This document shows positions 38,151-48,305 of a DNA stretch of 64,000 nt, one piece after another. A model generated the notes under the pieces. The model was not told where the DNA came from, did no database searches, and worked only from the letters and a program-made list of their open reading frames with translations. Each line of letters begins with the position of its first letter. Within the stretch, counting starts at the first letter, position 1. A program made the position numbers and the translations under genes. Source of the DNA: Cyanophora paradoxa CCMP329 (Eukaryota; Plantae; Glaucophyta); the NCBI GenBank assembly GCA_004431415.1, contig QPMI01000089.1, forward strand, positions 248,001 through 312,000, written 5' to 3'.

Positions 38151-41100
38151 CGTCTGGCGGGCAGCTCAGGTGTGAGAGGGCTAGGGTTTCCCCGCCCTGG
38201 TGGCGGGACTCGAGGGCACCGCACTCCCTGCAGCGTTCCCGCTGCCGGGGCTCCGGATCCGCGCGCTTCCTGCGAGCGTTGCCAGCCGTATCGTCAGGCG
38301 GCGCGTCGGCCTCGCGGTCGCGCGCCCCAGTGCGCTTCGCCTTGGCGCGACGTTCTTTCATGACCTTCGTGATCCCGCACGCCTTCTCCCACTCCGCGTA
38401 CGCCTGGCATCTGGCGGCCCACGTTTTATGGGCCTGCTCGCCTATGGCCGTCGCCAGCTTGCGCACGACCTGGGCAGCTTTCTTGGCGTCCGGGACGGTC
38501 TCGCGGACCATGTCGGTGAGGCCCGCCGGGGCAGCCCCGTAGCACGCACATCTGCGCCTGCCGTTCAGCCGCCGTGAGCGTCGGGTCGTTGACTCTCGTG
38601 ACCTTCAGGGATCTGGAGAGCGCGTGTGGCACTGATCGCTTCTGCGCGCCTTCGAGGGCCTCGCTGACCGTCGCTGCGATGCGTGCTTCCGCAGCGGTGC
38701 GCGCCTCCGTCGCCACCGCGCTGGGGCAGGTGAGGACGTGCTCCAGCGTCTCCTCGGGCCCAGTCACAAGCCGGGGCCGGCCTTCGCCATCGATTTCCCG
38801 CGTGCTGCAGAGCGCACAGAGTCCTGCCGGGTTCACTTCGCTGTAGAGCTCGGGCGCGTCTCGCTTGCGGACGAGGGCCGTCGCCACCGTACCCATCACG
38901 AGTTTCATGTGCGTACCCCGGAAGCAGTTGCTCTCCCGGCTCACCCCGACTCGGCGGGGCCCCATAGCCATCTGATCGTACACGGCCCCATGGTCCACTG
39001 GCAGCCGTAGCCACTCCCGGCCTTGAGCTGGTTCGTCCACGCGAAGTGCGTGTGGTGCGCGTGAAGCACAGCGGCGTGCCGCCGGGGGTCGCCTTCGACT
39101 CGCCTGACTATCCCGGTCGGTCCCTCGATCGTCAGCACTGCCGGCATGCTGAACTCGGGCGGCAGGAAGATGTTCTCGTCCAGTTCCTCCTGTTCCAGGT
39201 GCGCGCCTTGATCGGCCGCTCTGTCGGCGGCGTCGTTTAGCTCGTGCATATCCTCGTCGCTGTGCGCCTTGACCTTGATAACCGCAGCCGGCCGCTGCCG
39301 ATCCCGTCCCATCACCAGGGCACGGAACTTGGACCACGCGTACAGCTCAGCGCTGCACGTGTTCCGGATGTAGTCTCGCATGTGCATATCGTGCGCATTC
39401 AGCACGAACTTATCGAACCATGTGCAGACGTTCTGACTGTCCGTGTGCAGGCGCACCCCCTGCGCCGCGAGCACGTCGGCGACGATCGCAGCCTGGAGCT
39501 CAGCCTTGTTGTTCTCTTGAAGCCCGCGCAGCCGGCCGACGTACGTGCCTGCCCATTCCGGGTGGTTCGCCACGGTCCCGTCCGGGAACTCGGCCGGACT
39601 CACGACGCCGAGGCCGGCGTGCGCCCCTTCCGTCTGACCCTTCTTCAGGCTCCCGTCCGTCCATATCCACTGCTCGAGTTTGCCTGGGCGACGGCCGAGC
39701 TTCGCGAGTTCCGCCTCTTCGATCTGCTCCCAATTTGCCAGCATGTGCTGCCAGTAAACGGTGAGGGTGACCCCTTCCTGCGCCGCCCGGGAGTCCCAGT
39801 GGCGCGGCGCTCCGCCCGCGTAGTAGAGCTCGCTCTGCTCTGCTGAATCTGACACAGGTTGTGCCTCGTCTCGCGGCTCGGCGCCCGGCGTCGCCGCCGC
39901 AGCTACTTCCAGCGCGGCCTGCAGCTCAGCCTCGGCCTCCTGGCTCAGCTGTTCACGGAGGAAGCGCTCGTCACCATCCTGTACGGCTTTCACGCGGGCC
40001 TGGAGAAGCAGTGCCCTGCGTTTCTCGTCGTCTTGCGTGCGCAGGCCCGGGTCGTAGTACTCCAAGGTCGGTCGCAGGGCGACCTGCTTGCGCCCGCGCT
40101 TCGACATCGTCTCCTGCCCCGCCGCTACCGCCGGCGTCTCCTCCGTCGGTTCGCCTTCCAAGGCGAGGAGGGTATCCTCCTCCTCCCACCAGCCCTTCCC
40201 GTGCGCCCACGAGCCGTCGCACTGACTCATTTCGGGCAGCGCGACGGAGCATTGCGCGTGCACCGGTCGTCATGGTGCCAGTACTGCTTTCCTGTCCCCT
40301 GCACTGCTGTGTACGTGCTCGTCTGCCCCTCTATTTCGGGGTGCCGGCAGTGACCGTCACACCGGCAGTAGAGCCCCTCTTTCTCCGCGTCGGGGTCCGC
40401 GCCCTTCGGCACCGGCACCCAGTGCTCCAGCAGGTACTCCGACGCTAGTATGCTGCCCGTCGCGGACTTGAACGTAATGACTCGCCCCACGTGGGGCTCG
40501 GCAGATTCGTCGTGCAGCTGCTCCGCCTCAAACACGGCTACGAACGCGCCCTTCGTCCACTTCACCTTCCGGGCCCCGCTGGGGAGCGAGGCCATGGCTG
40601 ACGCGCGCTCTCCCGCCCGCCGCATCGGGTGCCGCAGCTTCTTCCCGTCAACCGTGAGCGCGTTCGCCACCTCACGCCACCACGCAGGCTCGCTCTTCTG
40701 CAGCGTTCCCTTGGGCGCGCCCATGTACAGGTCCTGCCAGGTTCGCAAGGTCTCGCCGTCCGCTGCTGTCACCGCGTCCATGGTCGTCACGCCCGCCCCG
40801 TAAAGGGCAGGGGCCGCGACGCTGAAGACGGCTCTTGGGATGTGCATTGCCACGACGTAGCGCCGGTCGAGGCGCTCCGGGTCAGGCCAAGGCTTCGCCC
40901 CGGGCAAGGTGCGGAACGCCGCGTAGCGCGCGTGATTCGACATCAGCCGGTACTTACGGCGCTGCATCTGCGGCATGATCGCCGCCAGGGCGTTTCTGCG
41001 GGCGAGGTCGCTGGAGACGGGTGCGTTTAGGAACTCGGTCGGGAGCAGAGGCACCCCAAGCTTCTCCTGCAGCGCGCGCACCCGGTGCCGTACAACCCGG

Positions 41101-42405
41101 GCCAGCAGCGAGCCCTCTGGCGCGCAGAGCCGGATCTGAGCCTCTGTGATTTGCGCCTCCGCTTGCAGGTGGGCTGTTCGTTTGAGGCTGTACCCCCGTG
41201 GCTCCAGATCGCGTAATTCGTCGTCGAGGCGGCGAGGTTCCCGTGGTGCTTGACGACCCGCATCCAAATACGATCGAGTTCCTGGCACTGACTCTCGCTC
41301 AGGGTCATGAGCTTCAGGCCGTACGAGATGCGGGCCTGTACTACGGCCTCGACAAGGTAGCAGGCCTCGTTCGCGGTGAGCTTCTTGCGTTCTATCAGCG
41401 CGACTGCGCCCCGCGCCTGATCGCAGATGTACTGCCACTGACGATCCCAGTTCAGGTTTGCGCTCATGTATACCCCGAGGAGCTTGAAGTGCTCGTGGGG
41501 CTGGCGGACAAGTCCGACGGGGGTACCGTTGATCTTCGGCGGGGAGGGCTGCTTCTCCTTCTTCTTCGCGGCGGGGTGGGCCCCAGGTTTGCTCTCAACC
41601 TCGCGACGTGCGTTGTTCCACGTGAAGATCGTCTTCTTTGCGTTGACCTCGATATCGTGCAGGCGGAAGAACTCGCCGGCCACGTCGGCCTGGGTCTGCA
41701 GCCCCCGCATGCTGCCGCTCATCCACTTCGTGTCGTCGGCGTACGCCACGCCGCTGACGCGGGCCCGGCCCTCGCGTTTCGCAGCATCGGTCTCCCTCGG
41801 GTTCCCCATCACGTACGCCGTGCCCGGCTCCTCCCAGCTCTCGGGGTGGGCATAGTGCTCTATCGTCTTTGCCGTCTTCTTTCCGTGCTGGCGCTCGTGC
41901 TGATCCAGGCGCTCTTGCGCGCAGAGGAGGGCATCGTAGAAGATCAGCCAGTGCAGCGGCGACTCGACGCCGCCCTGCGGCAGCCCGCACTCGAGCTCGA
42001 ACTCGTCGGAGAGGCCGTGACCGGAGATTGCCCGCGCCCTGCGGCGCCGGAATATGTTCCTGTGGAGTTCGATGTACCCCTCGGGTACGTTTAGCCTCCG
42101 CATCGAGAGCTCCATGCTCTCCCACGAGACGGAGTCGTACGCTCGCCTGATATCCTGCAGCAGGATGTACAGGGGCTTCTTGAACTCCTTCGCGTCCTCG
42201 AGGACTGCGTTAAAGACGTGGAGGGCGTCGTCCGTCGAGCAACCAGGTCTGAAGCCGTAGTTGGCCCCTTTCAGGAGCCCGTTCTGATGGATTGTCCGGG
42301 ACAGGCGCGCGTTCAGGAGGCCAGTGGTCAGCTTCAGGGCCACCTCCTGCAGGGTGATCGGTCGCAGGTTATTCCGGCTGGGTCCGGGCTTCGGCGGCCA
42401 TGCAA
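38151..42405 (-). pseudogene. LINE ORF2 remnant: reverse transcriptase, RNase H, C-terminal Cys/His knuckle; several frameshifts
   Basis: RT motifs NLRPITL, YGFRPG, LQDIRRAYDSV, GLPQGGVESP, AYADD, FKLLGV. RNase H WTDGS..NNKAEL..TDSQ..KVKAH..NDAAD (about 39200-39670). Knuckle CALC..ETLEHVLTC. Confidence 0.92.
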
Positions 42406-42911
42406 GTGTACGACCATACGAACAGGTATGCTTGGGGCGTGGGCACAAAAAGGGCGCGCCCGCGCTAGAGGGAGACACGGGGGGATTGCGGTCTGGGGGC
42501 GGGGCCGGAGGACGCAACACCAACAACTGGAGGCGGCGGAGGCGACGGCAGGAGGCGGCCAGTAGCCCAATCTACTGGGGCTGGCGAGGAGCCTGGCACA
42601 CGGCGCGGCGAGGCCCTTGGGCAGCGCTGGCGGCGGACGTACCATGATTGGGAGTCTTTTGTAGAGATAGGACCTCGTAGCCGGGAGTTTAGGTTAGTTT
42701 AGAAATCGATACAGCTAGCTTCCACATCATTAGTATTAGGTAGAAACCTCCTTAGCTAGATATCTAGACACGAAACCTTCAAACCTTTCGTTCATTTTGT
42801 ACTTTCTAAAGCACAGCATACGACGGTCCTCGATAGTATCTAGTCGGAGAGATTTATTGGGCGATGTGAAACTCATTGTAGTTGTGTTGTGTGCTAATGC
42901 AAGAGATCGGG
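38151..42911 (+). mobile_element. 5'-truncated, 5'-inverted non-LTR retrotransposon (RT + RNase H) with 18-bp TSD
   Basis: TGAAGTAGTAAAGATAGA occurs at 38133-38150 and 42912-42929. Segment 38151-42405 is inverted (coding on -). Segment 42406-42911 holds the ORF end and a 3'UTR-like region on +. Confidence 0.88.
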
Positions 42912-43123
42912 TGAAGTAGTAAAGATAGAGACAGATTATATATGATTGAAAAGAATAGAAAAGGGCTGATAAGCAGACGCTGCGATCAAACCGAATAAAG
43001 AAAAGCCTGAATGAACGTTAACGGCCAGATTGAGCGCACTGTATATGAAAGATTGTTCTGGAGCGAAAAAACTATGCGCATCAACTGTGTTCGGACGGCC
43101 TACCGCTAACCCTGAACAGCTGG

Positions 43124-44330
43124 CTAAAAGATGATGGTGCTGTCTGCAGAGGGCTCGCCGTAAACATAGGCGATCCAGGCCTTCTGCAGGGGGTCGGGGC
43201 GGAAGTCGACCATGGGGGTGAGCGGCAGCCAGCGGCGCCGGTCATGAAGAGGGCCGTCTTGCGAGAGCATGGTGAGGCGGCCCGCCGCCTCGAGCGCCCG
43301 CAGAGCCACGCGGCTGTCGCGCTGCCCGCTCCCGGCGCGCATCTGGTAGACAAGGTCTTGAATTTCGATATCCGCGAGGCCGGCGTCACGGAGGCGCTTG
43401 AGGACTCCCATGTGGAGGTCCTCGATCGCCGGCCTGCCGTGGCAATCATGAAACAGAGGTGAGATCTAGATATGGGCAGTCCAGTCGAATGAATGTTCGC
43501 GCACCCGACAAAGCGAACGACGAAGCGATCCTGCCGCGCAGCCGCGAGTGCTTCGACGGTTGCTAAAGCGAAGGCGACGGCCTCCTCGCGATCGCGGATG
43601 GGGGGGAAGCCAGGCCGGTCGGGGAGCTCGCGGACGAGGATGAGCAAGGGCCTCTCAGCCGCTCCGAGCACGGACACGAGACCGGCGACGTTGGGGGCTG
43701 CTCCAGACGGCCAGGTGGACGCGGCGTGCCGGTATCCGTCCGGCGGGAGCACAAGCGCGACGGCGCCCGCAGAAAGCCGGCCGAGCGCAAGGCCGAGCCA
43801 GGAGGCGTCGTCGGCGGAGGCAACGACGAGCCCCCCAACAGCCAGAGGCGGTCTCGGCGTGAGTCTCGATGCGGCGAGCAGTGATGCGGCTGCGAAGCTG
43901 GATGCCGGCCAGAGTCTTGCAGCGGCTCAGCGCGACGTACTCCTGGTTGTACGTGAAGGGGTTGGAGGGGTCAACGACGTCGACGATGGCGTCGCACGTA
44001 GAGCCCTGACTCTTGTGGACAGTGACGGCGAAGGCGACTTCCAGAGGAAACATAGAACGATAGATTGTGTAGCCAGAATAGGGGATCGTCGACCGGAGAG
44101 GAGGGATGGGGATGACGGGGTCTCCGTCGACGTAAATGTCGTTGAAGGCGTCCCCATGGTAAACACTTCGGTCGACACGCACGAGGATGAGCGGGTGCTG
44201 GTAGGTTGCACGCTGCACCACCATCTCGTCGGCCGTCTTCGGAAATGGGTGCTCCTGTCCGGGCCGCGCAGGCGGGAGCACGACGTCTTCGATGGTGACG
44301 ATAGTACCATTCGTCAGGCCGCCCGGGCCG
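43124..44330 (-). pseudogene. C-terminal fragment of Helitron Rep-helicase (Pif1-like SF1B helicase) plus C-terminal extension
   Basis: GLTNGT..RSMFPLEVAFAVTVHKSQGST..F..NQEYVALSR..LAGI. The downstream coding region has a GT-AG intron (43434-43504) and ends ...WIAYVYGEPSADSTIIF-stop. Confidence 0.85.
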
Positions 44331-44597
44331 AGAGCTGCGCAGTCCGCGTACTGAGAGCTGAGTCCGCGTACTGAGGGCCGCGTACGCCGGGCGTGCTCGG
44401 CTGCGATCAGCGGCGCAGATAGGCAGCGGCGCAAGCGGTTTTGCGATGCAAACTCAACCAGGAGTGCCCGCGCCGGCCAGCGTGCTCGGCTGCGGGCAGC
44501 GGCGCGTGCTCGGTAGGCGGTGCTGCGGTGCAAGCTTGATGCACAGAAAACTAGTCCAGGCGGCACGGGTACCGTGCGGCGTACGCAGCGCAGTGCG

Positions 44598-44885
44598 AGG
44601 AAGCGGAAATCTAGAGAAGGACAGCTAGAGAGAAGTGGTTCCATGCAGAACGTTAACCGCGCATGCAAAGTAGAGCCCGAAGTGAGAGAGAAGTTGGTTT
44701 TCCCCTCGCGAGGAAGCGGAAATCGAAAGAAGACAGCTACTAGGCTAGAGAGAAGTGGTTCCATGCAGAACCGCGCATGCAAGGGAGAGCCCGAAGTGAG
44801 AGAGAAGTTGGTTTTCCCCTCGAAAAAAACCAGGTTTTCCCCCCGAAAACCAGGTTTTCCCCTCGGAAAACCAGGTTTTCCCCTC
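44598..44885. repeat. Helitron subterminal repeats: about 120-bp tandem pair plus 3x GAAAACCAGGTTTTCCCC
   Basis: Duplicated GCTAGAGAGAAGTGGTTCCATGCAGAAC..GAGAAGTTGGTTTTCCCCTCG units, and three near-palindromic 20-bp iterations at 44825-44885. Confidence 0.8.
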
Positions 44886-47092
44886 GACTTTGCCGCTCGA
44901 AAGTCGAAAGCTGACCGGTCAACCGAGCCAATCGGATCGCGAATAACCCGTCATTTTTTTCCGGTGTTGCATACTGGACCTCGAAAACGGCCTCATAGAA
45001 AAGTTTTGGCTGAAGCGAGGGAACGGGAAGCAAGGGGGGGAAGACCTTCGGTCTTTTTTCCCCCCTTGCAATTAATTTCAAGAGACCGCACCCCATTCGC
45101 TAGGAAATAGTTTCCAAATTGACGGAGCGCCTCGTTGCCGGCCAGCAAATTTGTATGAGACAGGGTCGCAGTGTGCCACGATGTGGGATTTAAAAGTATT
45201 TGATGCGTTGATTGAAAGATATTTGAAATAAACAATTTAGACAGAGCCTTATTACTGCGAATTACATTCAAATGATTCATAGATAATTATTAACCACCTC
45301 CAAAAAGCGCCGAAAGTCGTTTCCATTCAGCTGAACTTCGGAAACGACCAATGGGCCCCTCGGGGCCTGTGCTCGGTACAACTGCGGCCGATTGGGCCCC
45401 GCATCGATATCTGTACCCTTGCCGCACAATTCTGTACCCTCTCACTTGAGTGTGTACCCTTGCCGAGTGGACCCCCTATTTCTCCTCCCCCCTCCCCCGT
45501 AACCGCGCGCGGTTGCCAAGTTGCGGGCCCCCGTTTAAAAACAAAGAGCTGCCACCCTCACGCCTTAAAGCCCCAAGACCCAAGGCCACTCCTGCTCCGC
45601 AGGGACTCGCTTGTATCTTGTTTGCACGCCCCGGAGGGTGGTTGGAGCCCCTTAAGCTTGCGCCAGCAACTTGGCAATTCGCCAAAAAAGAAATAATTTA
45701 TTCTTCAGTCCGACGGTCGCGCTTCCATGATCCAGGCTTGATTTCCGAAGTTCATCAGTACTCGTAGCTTTTGGCGTAGTTCGATGTCCGACGGTCTGCA
45801 ATGCTTGCATGCATTGAATATATATATGCTTGCGCTCATGCAGCCTCGGTAGCTCCCCTGTCGTGGCTCCTCGGGGGCCTTTTCGTCGTCGTCGTTCGCT
45901 GGGTTCCGGCTCCGGGTCAGATTTCTCGCCGGGCTTACCTTCTCCTGGCTCTGCTCCTGGGCCCTCAGCTCCGGGACCGGCTTCCCCGATCTCCTCCCGG
46001 ACTCGTGGTCGTACCCGTCGCCGGCTTGCCGAGCCTGCGTCTCCTTCTACTTCCCTCCGGCGGTTTGCCGGGCCGGACCCTCCGGCCTTTGTTCTTGATA
46101 CCGGACTGCCGCCTTTGCCTTCGTCTTCTGCTTCGCTGGTCGTATCCCGCCGGCGCCGGCGTACTTCGTCTTATAGTTTAGTTCGGTCTGGTTCGGATTC
46201 TGATATCGATCGTAGTGTTGATGATAGAGTTAGTTTCAATACTAGCTATAGTCCTCGTGCTCGACCTGTTGTTCGCCGTCGTTTGCAGTTCGACTGCCCG
46301 CCTCGACCCCGGCCGGCTTTAGTGATTCCTTTGACTGTCCTTTTGCCTGCTCTTGATCCGCCTGCTCTGCCTCCTGTGTCCTCCTCGACCTCGTGCCGTA
46401 GCTCTGCCCTTTCGCCCTTTCGCTGGGCATGGCACGCTGGGCATCTAGAGGTGGCCCAGCTGACGCATGCAGCGCTAGCTAGGCCCTGGCCCTGGCGGCG
46501 CGGCCGGTGGCTGCCCCCAGCTGCAGATTGAGGACGAGCAGGCCGCCCGGCGGCCGCCGCGGCTGCGTGACTCAGTGACGGACCGCGCTACGGACGGTGG
46601 GGCGTCCCGGGAGTCCGGACTCCGGAGCCCCCCCCCCCCCCCGGTAAGGCAGGCTCGTGATAGAAGGCGTACGTATACCCCTCGAGCTCCTGGCCCCTCC
46701 CCGAGCCCGCGCCCTCTAGATCTGGCTCCTTCTCTCTCATTCTTCCCTTCCTTCGAGTAGAAATTGTATGAGAAAAGGAGAAGGATTCCACGCCTTCCGG
46801 TCTTCCGGCGGCCCGGGCCTCGGACCGGCCCGGCAGCTTCGAATTCGTCGGGCGACGACGGGGCACTGCAGCACGTGCGCGGGGGAGCCCGGCCGCGGGG
46901 AGGCGGCGCCGGCAGGCTAAAGATGAAGAAGCAGGAATTCGAAGAAGAGTAATAGGTTATAACGTAGTAAGTGGCAACACCTGAAGAAGAGTTGGGGGCG
47001 GGGGCGGGGGGGCAGGGGGGAGCGGGGGGAGGGGGATTGGGGAAGGGGAAGGGGTGGGGGGTGTGGGGGGGGGGGGGCTGGCCAGCTGCCGG

Positions 47093-48176
47093 CTAGGAGC
47101 CCTGGCTTGCCTGCTCGACGAGCCGTCGGACCATCTTCCGGCACTGGGCGGCCGTGAGGAGCTCGCTGTTGAGCACGGCGTTGGCGAGCAGGATGCTGTG
47201 GCTGACGAGGTTCGCCTTGACCCAGACGCGCCCGTTCGCGCCCACCGCGATCTCGAAGGGGAGGTGGGACCCCAGCTCGGTCAGGACGACGCAGTCCGGG
47301 TCCATGAGCCTACGCGGTGCGGGCGGTCGGGCGGCACCGATCAGCGCAAAGCAGAGCAGAGCGGAGCGGAGCGGAGCGGAGCGAGGCAGAGGAGAGGAGA
47401 GGGGAAAGTTAGAGGGCGGCGCACGCTTTGGAGAGGCCGAGGGAGCAGGAGAAGAGGTACCCCCCCTCGAGCTCGCCGAAGCCCTGGGCCTTGCCGCTGG
47501 CCGCCATGCACGCCAGCTCCGGCTCCATGTCCCGGTCCGCGACGGTGAGGCGCGCGTACACCACGGAGCCGACCTGCGCGCGCGAGCGGCGGTCAAGGCG
47601 GCGATCGCTTCGGGCAGGGGGCGCCCGCCCGCCCGCCCGCCGAGCGCGAGCGCGCGCGCGGGGCGCCGCGGTCAAGCGCCGGGGCGCCGGAAGGGCCGGG
47701 GAGCCCGCCCACTTGCCTTCAGGTCAGGCCGGTTGCGCCGCGTCGCGTTCTCGAAGGCGAGCGCCGGGAGCTGCGCAACGTGCGCCCCGCCGATGTCCAC
47801 CTTGAACGCCTCAGCCAGCCTATCCGTCACCACGCCGATCACCATGTCCTCCGGCGCCGGCACGTACTGGCCGAGAGCCGTGAGCAACACGCAGCTAGCT
47901 AGGGCGAGCGCCGGCAGGGCGGGGCGCACGCGCTTCTGGTTGCTCTCCAGGTAGTACTTGCCTGGCGCCTGGTACCGCAGGATACCGGCTTTCATTGAGC
48001 TCACGCTGCTCCCGGTCTGCATGAGCCCGTGCCCGATCTTCACCTTCTCGTTCTCCGCGACGCGGAAGAGCGCATCTCCGGGACACACGACCTGGTTCAC
48101 CTGCGAGGGCGCGCGTTCGATCGGGAGCGGCTCGCCGGCCACACGGCCCGCGCACCTTCGTCGCGGCGTCCGCCAT
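47093..48176 (-). CDS. RRP40: Exosome complex component RRP40 (EXOSC3), 5 exons
   Basis: KR|YVPAPEDMVIGVV, FKVDIGG..A.LPALAFENATRRNRPDLK|VGSVVYAR, PFEIAVGANGRVWV. Intron 47574-47716 is GC-AG. Confidence 0.95.
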
Positions 48177-48305
48177 CGCGCCGGCGGGCGCGCTCGCCCA
48201 GCTCGCGCGCTCTAGCTTGCGCTCCTCGGCTTGCTGTGGCTTGATATCTGTCCTTGCTTGCTTGCTTTGCTGTGCTTCGGGGGGTACCGGTGCTGATGCC
48301 GCAAG
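48177..48305. promoter_or_regulatory. Probable bidirectional promoter (RRP40 / GPAT)
   Basis: Only 129 bp separate the divergent ATGs at 48176 (-) and 48306 (+). Inferred from position only. Confidence 0.5.

Larger units (their letters stand above)
38002..45071 (-). mobile_element. Helitron2-type element, copy 2 (internally deleted, interrupted by a LINE)
   Basis: 5' hairpin at about 45030-45069; 3' asymmetric TIR at 38037-38048, then a hairpin and CTAGT end at 38002. Segments 38002-38150 and 42912-45071 join to match copy 1. Confidence 0.88.

Noticed and set aside
38570-41200. Programmed frameshifting in the LINE ORF
   Set aside because: There are several shifts, at least one in a G run, with no evident slippery-site structure. 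Decay or sequencing indels are simpler explanations.
44825-44885. CRISPR-like array
   Set aside because: Only three adjacent palindromic units with no unique spacers and no cas genes, in a eukaryotic TE context.
38002-45071. Fanzor/TnpB cargo in the Helitron2
   Set aside because: No RuvC-I DPG, Zn-finger CxxC pairs or RDxNAAxN motif seen in the supplied ORFs of either copy.
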